In this document: positions 25,246 to 38,300 of the stretch, piece by piece
Numbering within the stretch: position 1 is the stretch's first letter
Layout of the letters: each line of letters begins with the position of its first letter
Source: Macrostomum lignano
Taxonomy: Eukaryota
Assembly (NCBI GenBank): GCA_002269645.1
Contig: NIVC01000208.1
Coordinates: 248,001 to 312,000, forward strand
Reading direction: 5' to 3'
Length of the DNA stretch: 64,000 bases
The notes under the pieces: generated by a model
What the model saw: only the letters and a program-made list of their open reading frames with translations
Told to the model about the DNA's origin: nothing
Database searches by the model: none
Made by a program: the position numbers and the translations under genes

Positions 25246-27299
25246 AGCTAAGTGTGTCAGCTAACTGCATTCATTTACAAAAAAATCTTATAAGATAAAT
25301 TTTTTGGATATAAATGCGATTCCCAAAACACACTGCTTTTTTATTTCTTATTTTCTTCAGTTTCTACTTATATATTGTGAATACATTCACGCATTCGCTC
25401 TTTCCCACGCGCATCTCCAACTGATCACTGTTCATTTTTCTTGCATTATGGTTAAAATTAAATAAAGAAATAATCGAGATTGGAGACCGTGTAAAAATTA
25501 AGAAAAAATTCTACGTTTTTGTCATTAAACAGACTCGTATCCGTGATAAGAGTTATGTACTTTTGTTAAATTTAATAGTGTGAGAGCTAGCGTTGCTACG
25601 GCGGGCAAAAAACGGCTGAGATTTGGCGTCAGGGCTTCTAAATATGAAATTCCACATTTACTACTACTGCAAAAAACTTTGCGCACTACTAACTGCAGTA
25701 GATAAATTCGGACATAACTCCTAAATTTTCGCGACGCTCATTAAATTAAACAATTCTTCCGTCTTCCTACTTTAACTAGGAATGTCTTCCGACTTACCTG
25801 ATTGGCTGGCTAACATGGAAGAATAGAGTGATTTTAAACTAGGAATATGGCTTTCATTTTCTATGCGGGATTTCCGAACGAACGAATAGAGACGCACAGG
25901 CTGCGCGATTGAATGGCTGAAAATCCGCCTAACGGAATATGTTACAAAGCGTGTTAAAACAAATGTTTACTGCTTTAAAAACTAAATAAACATCAATGTT
26001 TAAAAAACTCCAACTAAAATACTATATTGTTTCAACCTTTTCTTTTTTATTTATAAGTTTTGGTAGAAACAAGTACTAAAATAAAGGCAAATATTAAAAA
26101 ACTACTGTTTGATCGAGCAGCTCGATCTCTCATTATCGTTTGTATGTGATAATGTAACGATAACGATGTGAAGTAAGAACTCTTTTAAATATGAAAAAAA
26201 TAAACTATTAAATATGTAGAATAAATAAACAAAGCAACTAGTAGGCATTTATAAAATAATGTTTCGTTATTTTTACACTTGATAAAGGCAGTAGTTAACT
26301 ACAGTTTTTAAAGTTAACTACAATTACTTTGAACTCAAAAATTTTGTGTTAATTTAATAAGCTAATTAATATCAATTCAAATAATGGTGTTAATTTACGC
26401 CAAAAATTCGTAAAAGTTTAATTGGTCCTTAAACATGGGTTTTGAATATTACATGTGAAATAAAAACATATATTAATTGAGATAAAAATATTATATAAGA
26501 TAAGATAAATGTAATTTATAAGATTGTGGTGTTAGTTCTCCAGAAGAATACATGTAATTGTCATTAAAAATTCTATCAATAACTTAATACAGTCAATACG
26601 TGAATCCGGATCGTATTGTAATGCACCTTGAATGATTAATTGTAATTTCTCTGCAATTTGTCTCCTTACAAATCTAATTTATCACATATTATACATGTAA
26701 ATATGTTGCACAATTAGATATAATTCTTAGCTTGCATGTGATCAGGGACATCAGCGCGTCGCTATGGATTTTATGGTGGGGGACAAAGTCAAGAATTCTA
26801 AATGACGAAATTCCTACATTATTTTTGGATATCGGTGTTGTTTACGTTAACACTCAATTTTGTTGCCACACAGACACTCATTTTGTTCGTTTTGTCATAG
26901 CTTTTACTCAGGCCAGGGAGAGGGGGGGCATATGCACAGTTGTCCCGATATGTCGGTCCTTGACCCCCGTGGTGACGTGGGCCCTCCTTGCATTTAATGC
27001 ATTTAAAGTACATTTTCGTAAAATGAAACAAAGTACAAGCTGGAATAATTGCATATGAATTGAGTCTGCCGCGCCAGCATGAACCTCGGAAAAATAGGAA
27101 ATTAAAGGAGTTACAACTCTGAAGGGCCGTGGAGACCTTTCACGACTCTGTGATCGAAAGCTGGTCTCGGTCTTTACTCGCCGTTTGTTAGGGTTTTAAA
27201 TTATTATGGCATTATTGATTCAGTGCTAAGAGCAGCACTTCCTTTTGTCCTACGAACCTGTCGAGTCCCCAGCAGCTAGTTGACGCCATCATATCGCTC

Positions 27300-28503
27300 T
27301 ATGGTGATACGCTGTGTTGGTGACGGCAGACGGGGCTTGTCTGACCTGTCTGAAACTTCGTTTAGGAGTGCTACACAGAGCGACACATTCAGCGCCGTTT
27401 CTCTTCGTGCTGCTCCTGGATTGTGCAGCTCCGGAACGCACCCCCTTCAGCAGGCGACGGCTTCCTGCTGCGCAGACACATCGGTCGCCGCCACAATGAG
27501 AAGCGCCTCAGGGTTTCTGAGCTACGCCGACGACCTCACACTCCTGTCCTCGACTGTTGATGGAGCACAGCGCTAGATTAAGGTTGGTCGAGGTGGCATC
27601 AAAGCGTGAGCCTATCTGTCGACACGCTGAAGACCGAGGCGCTGACATGACCATCTCAGCGAGCCAATATTCCAGCGGAGCTGACATGCTGTCTGGTGCC
27701 CAACGTTGAGGACGACGCAGATCTAGATTGAGAGGACTTTCCTGGACAGCCTACCGGTCGATTCGCGTCATCCTTCAGTCCAAAGCGCTGCCCGATCGTC
27801 AGAGGGCTCGGCTGTTGAGACTGTCTTGCTCGACAACGCTGAGACGTGGATGTTTAAGGGACGCTAGAATTCGCGCAAATGGATTTTGCGCTAATTGTTT
27901 TCTTCGAGCCAGGATTTTGCGCGAATCGGATGATTTTAGACGACTTGAAATTAAATCGACTACATCATTTCTCGCGACTTATTTCAAGCGACTAGATTTC
28001 GCGCGACGTAGAATTCAAGCGACTGTATTTCACGCAACCGGATTTCGATCGACTGGATTTAAATCCAGTCGTGTGAAATCCAGTCGCTAGAAAGAAGTCG
28101 CGCGCTTCAATTCCAGGTCGTGCGATTTCCAGTCGCGCAAATCCAGTCGCGCGAATTCTAGCGTCCCGATGTTAACGGCCACGCTGGAGCAACAGCTAGA
28201 CAATTGGAGCACTCGGCCCGCGGGGCTGCTCCATGCGCTCAGGCTGACAAAAGCGTCCTGTCCAAGGACCTGTGCGAGAGGACGCACAGCTGCAAGAAAA
28301 AAAATCCTGCGCCAAGACGGCGACTCCAACTGACAGGCGCTACGTCATCCGGGCTATTGCCCAAGCCTGTCCAGGACATCCTGCCGCTCACTTTGCGGGA
28401 ACCGTTCAGGTGGGCTCAAGCGATCGAGGACACGGAGATACGTGGACTAAATCCTGAGCATCCGAGGCGCCCGACACTGTCGATCAATGGGCCGGACAAT
28501 TGA
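27300..28503 (+). mobile_element. Degenerate RTE-type LINE, RT to 3' end
   Basis: APFLFVLLLD, SYADDLTLLSSTV, AETWMLTATLEQQLD (split by a MITE) and RRRLQL..PVQDIL; many lesions. Confidence 0.8.
27858..28167. mobile_element. 310-bp MITE with perfect 19-bp TIRs
   Basis: GGGACGCTAGAATTCGCGC ... GCGCGAATTCTAGCGTCCC; flanks GATGTTTAA and GATGTTAA (~8-bp TSD with one indel); internal AAATC(C/G)AGTCG repeats. Confidence 0.9.
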
Positions 28504-28647
28504 TTCTTTGCTTGCTGGCGCTTTGTTAACCTGACGCTCCCTCCACTGACTACTGGGGCGACTGCATATTTTTTTTTGCTGTTGTTCTAATCTACGAGTA
28601 TAAGCCGGTTATTCTACAAATTCAACGCTACAAACCTTTGTAGCTAC

Positions 28648-28966
28648 GAAATCGTACAGTATCTGACGTTTCAACATCACGCTATGCAAGATTGGATCCG
28701 TGTACTGAAGAAACAGTAAGGTCTGTGAAGCTGATTTTTTATATAAACACAGATTTCAGATGTTAAATTGCAAAAATAAAATTGATTAACAGTTGTTGTT
28801 TAGTATTTCGTAGTTCCAGGGGCAGATTTATTTGGCCTGTATGCGAAATCCTACAGTTTCTGACGTTTCAACATCACGCTATGCAAGATTGGATACGTGC
28901 ACTGAAGAAACAGTAAGGTCTGTGAATCTGATTTTTTATATATACACAGATTTCAGATGGTAAATT
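28648..28966. repeat. 122-bp direct repeat, two copies 197 bp apart
   Basis: 28648-28769 versus 28845-28966 (GAAATC.TACAGT.TCTGACGTTTCAACATCACGCTATGCAAG...), with a handful of substitutions. Confidence 0.9.
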
Positions 28967-29076
28967 TTAGTTTCGAGTCAAAAATCCTTTTACATTCAAT
29001 TGTTTTTTTGCCAAATCGATTTTTTTGTTATTTTTTTCTTATTGGGAACTAGAACTGAAAAACCGGTCATAAACGC

Positions 29077-29549
29077 GGTCTCCCTAAAACACGCACCGGC
29101 CACCGGGTCTCCCTAAAACACGCCCCACACCGCCCTGCACCGCTACAAATTAAAACAAATTGGACTATAACTGAAGACATTTCAAAATGCGTTTTCTGTT
29201 AAGCTTTAAGTTTTTATTAAATTTAGTTTTTTTTACTTTGAAATATAATATTCGGTGAATAACAAGTGATATTTTTAGTAATATTAATCAAATAATATTA
29301 ATATAATTTAATAATAAAAACGAGAATATGAAAACTAATAATATTATTTAAAATATTAACTAAAGTTATTTATTGCATTACTCGTACAACAAATAGTTTT
29401 CTCTGCGATCAAATACTGCATTGATAAAAAATTTTATAATGTGTAGCGGTTCGGGGCGGTGCGGTGCGTGTTTTAGGGAGACCCCAAGCACCGCAACGGG
29501 CCCCAAACCGCTACACATTATAACATTTTTTGTCAATGCAGTATTTGAT
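29077..29549. mobile_element. Foldback/MITE-like element with nested inverted repeats
   Basis: 50-bp arms at 29408-29457 and 29500-29549 (3 mismatches). The loop carries GCGTGTTTTAGGGAGACC, the inverse of GGTCTCCCTAAAACACGC at 29077 and 29106. Confidence 0.7.
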
Positions 29550-29554
29550 TAAAA

Positions 29555-29900
29555 TTAAGCGCCCGCAACGCTTACCAGCCGGTCCAGCTTGTGATGGGCG
29601 CCCTCGACGGTCGAGGACAGCAGGGCGAGATCGTCAGCGTAGCCAAGCACACTGAACCGCCTCTCCGGTTGGCGTCGACCCACGCGTCGCCGCAGCACGA
29701 AGCCATCTTCGTTAGAAGAGAGAGCAGTCTGCAACACACCTAGTCAAGCACCAGGACGAACAGGAACTGCGCAAGCGTATAGGATGTCTCAAAGAAATCC
29801 GACAGGCCCTCCGGTGTTAGCACAGCAGCGCTCGTGCCTGGTACAGCGCCATGATGGCGGAAATCAGCTGCTCTGACGCGTTGTACGCACGAAGCACCAT
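29555..29900 (-). mobile_element. RTE-type LINE RT fragment, related to the 27.3 kb copy
   Basis: TLAQFLFVLVLD and LGYADDLALLSSTVEGA. Confidence 0.82.
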
Positions 29901-31702
29901 TGGGAGCATGGCCCTCACGACCCGTTTTTGGAATTGGGGGAAGGGGAGGCAATTTGCTCGAATCATTACGAATAGTAACGTTGGTTAGACGATAATAATT
30001 AGCCATTAGTAAAATTTATTCTGGCATTGTGGCATTGATCAAAGAGTGGGAAGAAGGGGAGTGGATGTCTGATGAGCAAAAGAGTAGAAATATCAGAGTT
30101 GCCAGGCTTATACGCATGTTCATAAACTTTTTTCCCTGAGTCAGCCGTTCCCAGTGGAATCCCTGATGCGTCCTGCATTATCTGTGTCCAGAAATAACTG
30201 CATGGTGAATTAGTCTTACCCTGTCCTCATAAAAGATCTGAGTACTCTTAAAACGTCGAAACAGGTTTTTAGGGTGGCCTGTACTCGTACATGTACTTAA
30301 TTTCAATGCCGTCATAAAGCACTTAGGACTTTTTTGTAAGAATTCAAAAGTCCACATGTCTACTGCACCTCCACCATGTTCGGATAACACTGCGCAGCTC
30401 CATCTATTGGTGTCTACTGCCAGTCCTATCTCAAATATACTCCCTAACATAATATCATTACAGCTAGTTGCTGTCATGGTAATAATAACAATAAGAAACA
30501 TAATTGCCGGAGGGTTCCGCTAACTCCTGAGCATACCCGTAGAAGCGTGCGGATACTGTATGTATGCAGGCGCGCACTCTCGTATGTACGGCTCACAACA
30601 GGTGTACAGAGGCCTTGACTCTCTCTAATCGTTTGAATCTCTTTCGTGGCCCTCATTTGGGTTTGAATCGAACTAAGATCCCGGGCCGAAGGGCCGATTG
30701 CTACCAAAAACGTCTAGATCGCCTTTTCTGCACTGGAAAACATTCGAAAAGTTATTGCAAAACTTTCGCTTTCGTGAAATGAAATCACACTATTTGCCAT
30801 AAGCACATGCGAAATTTCTCGAAATTAGACAAGTCAGGTTTGTTCCTAGAAAAAGTGTTTTTGTATTCCATCACCAGGCTGACGTTTGTCAATTCCCACA
30901 CTCTATATTTACTTTGTGGAACCTGATCTGTACACTGCGCAGTTGAGACCCACGCAGCTTTATCTCCTGAAATGTGGCGAAATCTGTTCAAATTCCGTTA
31001 GATTTATTTTGGCTTGATTATTTGAACGGTATTCAGATTCGGTCGTGAAACTCAACTAAGAAATCGACATCCAGCAACCAGTTTAACTGTTGAGATCGAG
31101 TTTGCCTCCGGCATCGCGCGGGTTGGTGCGACATGTAAACATTCATCTTGGCAACTGCAAACTCTGATATTTAACACCGAACCAGAAAGAGTTTGCCAGG
31201 CGAGTTCAGTGCTCAGCTCAGTTATAAACTACTCTTAATTCTTGAGCGGAGAGCTACAAGCATTCTAAATAATTTGACTGTTCCGCTGTTAAATATGCGT
31301 ATAAATTTATTTCAAATCCTGTCAATTGGTAAGACTTTTTTGCTTTTAATAGCCTTGAATTGGTTAATTATTGAGAATATGTAAATTAATGCTCCACTTA
31401 AATTGAAGCAAATAATGTAAAAACATGGCTAATTTTAACCAAGGTTTTGTTATTTTCGAAACGAAATTAAGCTCTATGACTACCAATAGAGCTATAACAG
31501 AGGCAACACGTATCAAAATATGATCGAACATTGGGTCTGCCTGCTATCAAAAGAAATTAAAATTCTTTGCTGATACAATGAAAGCCTTCCATCTCCGTAA
31601 TGTATTGTTTAATCCTCGATCTGCAGGATGAATATAGTTTATGCAATGTGGGATTAGCAAGTACAATTTAAGAACTACTGTTTTCTCAGCTCTCCAATTA
31701 CA

Positions 31703-33356
31703 GTTGTCTGCAGTTCCCTATGCAATGCTCAGCGCAGCTCTGTCCACAAGTACCTGAAGTGCCCCGAGCCGCAGATGTTGCTTTCAAAGGCAGCTGAACG
31801 AGTCTACAACAATGCTACCATGGTCACCACCGCGAGGTCGGACGCTGACTGCTTGGCAAAGTGCCAGAAATTTGACTGCGCAATCGCAGTCTCAATGAAG
31901 AGTCAGGCCAGATGCGAGATTTCCACCATCACGTCTGCGGTTCCGTCGAATGCTGTGAGCTTTTCACTGACTGTCCTGGGTACTCAGACCGGTGCAAAGA
32001 TTTGGAAGGCAACTGGAAGCGATCGGACCATTACTGAAGTGAAGTTCAAGAGTAAGTTCGTGGTATGGCATGACACGGACACCAGAACTGGCGGTGTTGT
32101 TCACTGTAGTTGATCAACCACCAATGTTGTTCCAATTGTAGACAGCCGCACGGGAAGAGCTGGCTCAATCCAAAGCCTCCTGATTGCAACAAGCGGCTGC
32201 TACCTGATCAAAGCTGCCGGTGCCAGAGGTGGTAGCAACACCAAGACGGGCACTCACGGAGGCCAGGGAGCCCAGGTGAGCGCCAGAGTCAGCCTGACAG
32301 CCGGCACCCGGCTGAGCATCGTTGTCGGCCAGGCGGGCGGCTCGACCTCCCGGAGTGAAGAAGGAGGCGGCGGAGGCGGCGGCAGCTTCGTGTACCGGAC
32401 GGGCGACCGGCTGCCGCTGCTGGCTGCTGGCGGTGGCGGGGGCGCTGCGGTTCCAAGGAATGGTGAGCAAGGAGGACTTGAGTCGTTGATTTTAGAACGA
32501 AGTTTATTGACTTAAGGCATCTCAGCAACGCCCCACTAAGCCATATCATCTCAGCAACTCCCAATCGACTCAAAGCATCTCAGCAACTCCCAAATTGACT
32601 CAAAGCATCTCAGCAACTCTCAAATTGACTCAAAGCATCTCAGCAACTCCCAAATTGACTCAAAGCATCTCAGCAACTCCCAATTGACTCAAAGCATCTC
32701 AGCAACTCCCAATTGACTCAAAGCATCTCAGCAACTCCCAATTGACTCAAAGCATCTCAGCAACTCCCAAATTGACTTAAAGCATCTCAGCAACTCCCAA
32801 ATTGACTCAAAGCATCTCAGCAACTCCCAAATATCACCTCAGCAACTAAGCATTGAGCCATAACAATTTCATCGCAGGAAGACCAGGACAGACGGGAACT
32901 GCCGGCTCGGACAGCAAAGGAAATAAGAAGAGAAAAGGTTTAGGCGGCATCAACGGCCAGCCGGGCTCCAACAATCCCGGGCGGACTGCACGAAACTCCA
33001 ACCACGGCGGCTGCGGCGCCGGCTGGCTCGGTAGGGCCGCCAACCCGAGGCGGAGCTCCTGGGATGGGCAGCGAGGCGGCAGTCGGGCCCAAGGCTGGGT
33101 CGGCGGCCGCGCCGGTGGTCGCAGCGCCTGCCACGGCGGTTTCGGTGGCGGTGGCGGCTGCGGCTGCATGCGCGGCACGAAAGGTGGGGCTGGCGGCGGA
33201 GGCGGCGGCTTCAGCGGGGGTGGCGCGGGTGGCGGTCTCAACCACAGCGGCGGCGGCGGTGGCTCCTTCTGCCGGGACGGCTGCGTCTCCGGCGGCAGCT
33301 GGACTGGCAATCACGGCTTCGTGTCTGTGAGGTTCGTGTCAGCCAGCTGCGACTGA
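31703..33356 (+). CDS. Probably secreted protein: PAN/apple-like module plus ALK/LTK-type glycine-rich domain (start/signal exon not located)
   Basis: Exons ~31703-32051, 32142-32462 and 32878-33356 join in frame through phase-1 GT-AG introns. ARSDADCLAKC..C..C; SIQSLLIATSGCYLIKAAGARGG, LSIVVGQAG, GGGGGGGSFV, PLLAAGGGGG, GFGGGG, GGFSGG and NHGFVSV. Confidence 0.85.
32520..32845. repeat. Intronic 29-30-bp minisatellite, ~10 copies
   Basis: CTCAGCAACTCCCAAATTGACTCAAAGCAT. Confidence 0.95.
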
Positions 33357-33649
33357 TGCTTGACAACATAGAAATGTTTTGAGAAACAATCTATTAAAAA
33401 CAAACTGTATGACGATATCCAGGAAGCGTCTTCTCAGAAGATGAAAACCTTCAATCAAATCTTCTAAAACTTTTCACAGCTAAAATTTATAGTGATCTAT
33501 TAAGGTAATTTTTGATTTTTAGTCAATTTATTTAAAGTTTCAAAGTTTAAAGTTTGAGATAAATGTAAAAAGTGTTTTAAAATTTTTAAGCACTACAACC
33601 TACTTTCCGAATCAGGGTTTAGAATGTGCAGCTAAAAACTTGGAGCTTG

Positions 33650-33715
33650 GAGATATTGGAGCTGGGAGATATTGGAGCTGGGAGATATTGGAGCTGGGAG
33701 ATATTGGAGCTTGGA
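33650..33715. repeat. 16-bp tandem repeat, ~4 copies
   Basis: GGAGATATTGGAGCTG. Confidence 0.85.
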
Positions 33716-35989
33716 GGTTGTAGCAAATCAGTTATATAATATTCACCCATGCCTTTTATTCACCATCATTCGTGCTAAAAGTTCTCTAATTCGTTTCAGT
33801 TTGTCATCCATCCCCAAAGGCCTCTTCATATGTTAAAAAATAAATTCGTCAAATTTCTTGAATTATCTCTTTTTGTTTGCAAAATTTCCAACTCATTGAC
33901 TTCATAATTTGGTGCTAACGGCGTATTATGTAGAAGTTAGAAGTATTTAACAATAAAAATATGATTGTGGATGTCAAAAATGTCAAACAGGTGCTAAGAC
34001 ATACACTGTACATACATACAGAACTAAATTTAGGACACCCAATTTTTAGTTTACAGCAGCATTTCAATTACTCGTACGCTCGTTTTGAGAAACATTTTGA
34101 GAAACCGGCAAGCAAATTCAGGCAGCAAAATTGCCGCAAGCAAACTTCGGCAGGCAAACTTCGTACTCCCATTATACAAAGTGCATTCGAATTGCGCAAA
34201 TATGACACGCCCTATTGATTCAAACACCCTTTTTACTCGTCTATCTGCTCCTGATTCTATAGTTTTAGTACGAGGAACATAATATAGATTCCTTTGCCGA
34301 ATGCAGTTATCGAAAAGGAACGAACCGACGCCTTTGCCGTTGTACTTATTGAGCAAATCGCCTACTGGCGCATTCCCCAATATGGACGCAGAACAGAGAG
34401 AAGAGGTGGTGAAACAGTTTATCAAAGGGGCCTGTCGAGGTGTTGCCGATCAGACGATGACAGTGTGAGCAATTTGAGACGACGGTGCTTTCCGGCTTTG
34501 CAGCAGTATAGTCCCGCCTCTTCCTAATCCTATCTATATCCGTCTCGTCGTAACTTGATGCTTTGTAGGCTGCTGTCCTCAGCATAGATACAGTAGACGC
34601 AAAACTAAAAAATCGCTTTTACAGTATTGTGGCGGCCGGCTAGTCCGCGGTCGGTGCACCTGCAACTGAAAGGGGATGTGAACTTAAAAGTCAAAATAGA
34701 AATATTCGGTCCTGATTTCTCTTTGCCAATCTTTTCATTTGGAGCCAAGCTCCCGTAATGTCGAAAACCCGACCACTTTAGCATTCGCAAGGGATCTCTA
34801 TGGGGAGAAATGGAATAAATCGGGATTTCATGTGAACTTAATTTAAAGCTCCAGAATTGAGCATGAAGCTTTAATTATGCTTAAATGACGAGGTGACAAT
34901 GATAAACGCTCTTTTTATGTTTATATAAAGAATAGGAGCGATAGTAATGTTATGTTATGCTCCCAATATCCCAAAATTTTATCTTTTAATGATGTTTATG
35001 TCACCCCCCCCTCAAGCTCTCATGATTTCTACCTCGAAGAAGTAGATCGGGTAACCCGACATTTCGAGACGGAGGGTGGTAAACATCATTTTCGCGCATA
35101 ATACATGTATATATCGTGGTCAATTGTGGAAATCGAAAGTCCAGGAAATTAGATAGCTCGTATATTGTTATTAGGGTGCTAAAAGTTAGTACATTCCTAT
35201 ATCTATCTATAGCTACTCCATTTTTCAAGTGTAGCATTCGATCTGCTCATTTAGTTGGGCATATATCTTCTAGCTAAAACCCCATCTGCGAACTTTAGTC
35301 CTTCTTATAGCATTTCTTCAGCGAAACCATGGCGATCTCGAAAGGAACGGCCAGAAACGGTCCATGGTTTATGGATACTAAGGAGATTAAACGGAACAGC
35401 TTCACGAACTCTTTACTAGTTGTCACCGGGGTAGATCTGATATCAACAAGTGAGGACTTATTTTAAAGCTGAGGTGTTTCTACCTCTCGCTGCAAACTGC
35501 TCAGTATGAATGAGAATAAGTCGCAACTTGTTGTCAGCTCACTGATCTCATTACCCACCTGTCAACTGCCAGCTTCATCCAGTGAAGATGCAGCAGGATT
35601 GCTCAATAAAGTCGATGGCTAAGCATAGAGCCAGTTTTTGCTGCATGAATTCAACCCGTATGAAGTTGGGAACCCCTAGCATTCCCTCTTAATAGCTAGG
35701 CATTCCTTTCTTCCCAACTAATATACTAAAGCAAATAATTTGAGAGAAATATTTTAATAGTATAACTCTGCCCAGTGAATAGCAATTTAAAGCCTCCAAA
35801 TAGCTTTTAAGCTGTGTTTTTATTCCATTAGAGCCTCTCCAATGTGTATACAGTTATGCTGGCAGAGACTGAGCAGTGCCCGAGTGGTAAGACACTGTAA
35901 TATTTGGCCATCTGAAATGCTTTCTTATTATATATATACTACTGGTTCGACAAGTCCTATCACCTATTCATGTCCTAGCTTCCGCCAAC

Positions 35990-38300
35990 ACTGCCTGTCC
36001 TTGATCGCTGCTTTTCTTAGCCTCTCTCCATTGTCCATCCGGTCCATTCTTTCAGGTCATCCTCCCACTGCTTTTTCGGTATTCCTCTTCTTCCTTCACC
36101 TTCCACTTCTCCTTAAACACAGGCATTTGCCATGGCTCCCTTCCTCGTCTGATTTCCGTAATATTTGAGCTTCCTCCACTTGATGATCCCCTCCACAGAA
36201 TCAGGTTCCACCTCTTTAACTTTTCGCCAGACTCAGGCATTTGTCTTTTTCTCTTTCCATGAAATCCTTAGCATTCTTCTGTAACATTTTACTCCAAACG
36301 CTTTGAGTGTCAGCATAATTTTCTTCCCCAGGGTCCAGCTCTTGCACCCATAGAGCAGCGTTGCTTAGGTGACCGCCTTTGTGAACTTGAGCTGATTCTT
36401 CAAAACCGACTCCACGGAGCCGCCAAAGTTCATCAAACCTTGACATTGAGCCGGCTGCCGTCTGAAAACCGCAAGTTGTTGAAGTACTTATGGTTGTCTC
36501 GGGGTTTCTCCTGCTGTCCAGCGCAGTGACTTGGGCTCTCCGTCTTCTCACTCGGAAGCCTTCTCAACTCTTAGTAGCGTAGGTGGTGCTGCCACCAGTT
36601 CCTTCAGGTCTCGGCCTTCGATGAGGTGAGCTTCCCGTCGGAACGAAATAACGAAGTCAACGAACTCAGCACCGGGTGCAGATTTGCAGTTCAACGTAAC
36701 AAGGCGTCTCGTCAGCAGCACCTGACGGGCTTGGTTGGTACAGGGAGGGCTGAGTTAGCCTCTCGTAGGCTTGGGGTTTGCTTTAGTAGGGTCTCAGACA
36801 GACCAATAGCAGAGAACTCAAAGTACGCAGACGTGCGGTCAGTACAGACACTCGGGCTCGGAAGCTCGAGAAACAAGAAACTCAGTCAGAAAACTGGAAG
36901 CTCCTTGACGGAAACAAGGGGGAGAGGGGTCCTATTTATAGCCGGGATTCTCCCGCGCACAAGACCTCGTGACTCGTTCTATTTTTAGAACTGACGTCAC
37001 TTGAGGTCTCCGGCCAGAGTACACGCGGCTGTGACTCAGTTGCTATTTTTAGCAACATGAGTCACTCCTCTCCTTAGAGAAGGGAGGGATCCGAAAGCAC
37101 GTGATTCTCCCGGTAAGCAGGACCAGCGAGTGTAGTAAACATTTTTACTGCACTTTAAGACTCCAAGAACGCAAGATCTGTCATGTGACTTGCTCACAAG
37201 ACAGAGGAAAACGGGACGGGAACGGAACAGAGACAGCCTACAGCAGAGAAGCTGAGGGCTGAGAACAGAGACGCAGAAGGGCAGAACAGGCCAAAGGCAG
37301 CAACAGACGGGCCAGGGGGGCGGGAAGCTAACCAGCGGCAGACAGCAACTCAGGGCGAGGGCGAGGGAGACTGCTGACAAAGGGGGACGCCAAACACAAA
37401 ACTAGCGGCTCACTACATTGTTGATATTCATTCCTCCGCAGCTGATTCCGACCTTATCCAGTTCCTCAATGGGTTTTGTCATTATCCGTTCCAGGAAAAG
37501 ATTGCAGAGAGAGTAGGTGATGGGACGCATCCAGGGGCGTCGCCATGGATTTTATGGTGGGGGGGGGCAAAACCAAGAATCCAACATGTACATGATTAAA
37601 TTAAAAAAATTGCATTATTTTGAGAATCGTGTTGTCAGCGCTCATTTTGGCGCCTAGGGCAATTTTTTGACGCCTTGGCGCCCTGAAGAAAAATTATTGA
37701 CTACCACAACGACTCACAAGGTGGGGTGGGGGGACAAGCGTTGGCATGTCCAACCCCCCATAGCTTTTACTGGGAGGGGGGGGACATGTCCCCTCTATCC
37801 CCCCTCATGTCTTTTGCTTCGTAGCTCCCGTCGCCTGTCACAGCTATCGAGGACCTCTTTGGTAATTCATGGCTTTCTGATTTTTTTAGCGGTTTCTCAG
37901 AACTTTATCTGCTGCTTTCGTTTTGCCATTTTTGAATTCATCACACAAACTTTGTGGCTGCTGCTGGTCTTCTGCGAGTAGTAACAGAGCCCCAAATCTC
38001 GATGCAAGTTGGCTCTGGAATTTGTTTTTAATGTTCTTGTTCTTCAGCTTCTCCGGGTCAAAGTATGTTCTACTGTTTGGAAAGAAAGTCTCAGCTTGAC
38101 AGTTGACGAGTTACCAAGTTGACTGTTATCCCGACCACATTCCATTTTATATTCTCTGATTCTCTATCCAACAGTTCTATTTTTCCAGGCTGGGATAGAC
38201 ATCTCACACTCCAAGTTACAATGACCAAAGGTTTTCCACCTTTAATTTGCCACCTTGAGCGAATTATTCTGATCCTTCGATTTTCTTTACTGCCAGCGCG
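35990..38300 (-). mobile_element. Fragmented RTE-type LINE (endonuclease start, RT, C-terminus) carrying secondary insertions
   Basis: LVIVTWSVRCLSQPGKIELLD..VVGI (AP endonuclease start, ~38130-38250), GCVPSPTLCNLFLERIM..INN (~37420-37530), DLKELVA (~36590-36620) and decayed 3' RT-associated peptides down to ~36000. Confidence 0.72.
36627..37417 (-). mobile_element. LTR-like insertion (~0.8 kb) splitting the LINE RT just before YADD
   Basis: Starts TGTAGTGAG on the minus strand immediately after the LINE codons INN; CTATAAATAGG on the minus strand near 36935. Distal boundary and TSD not resolved. Confidence 0.5.

Noticed and set aside
32142-33356. Bacterial PE-PGRS-like gene by horizontal transfer
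   Set aside because: It has spliceosomal introns and the motif order of the ALK/LTK glycine-rich domain; glycine richness alone explains any PGRS similarity.
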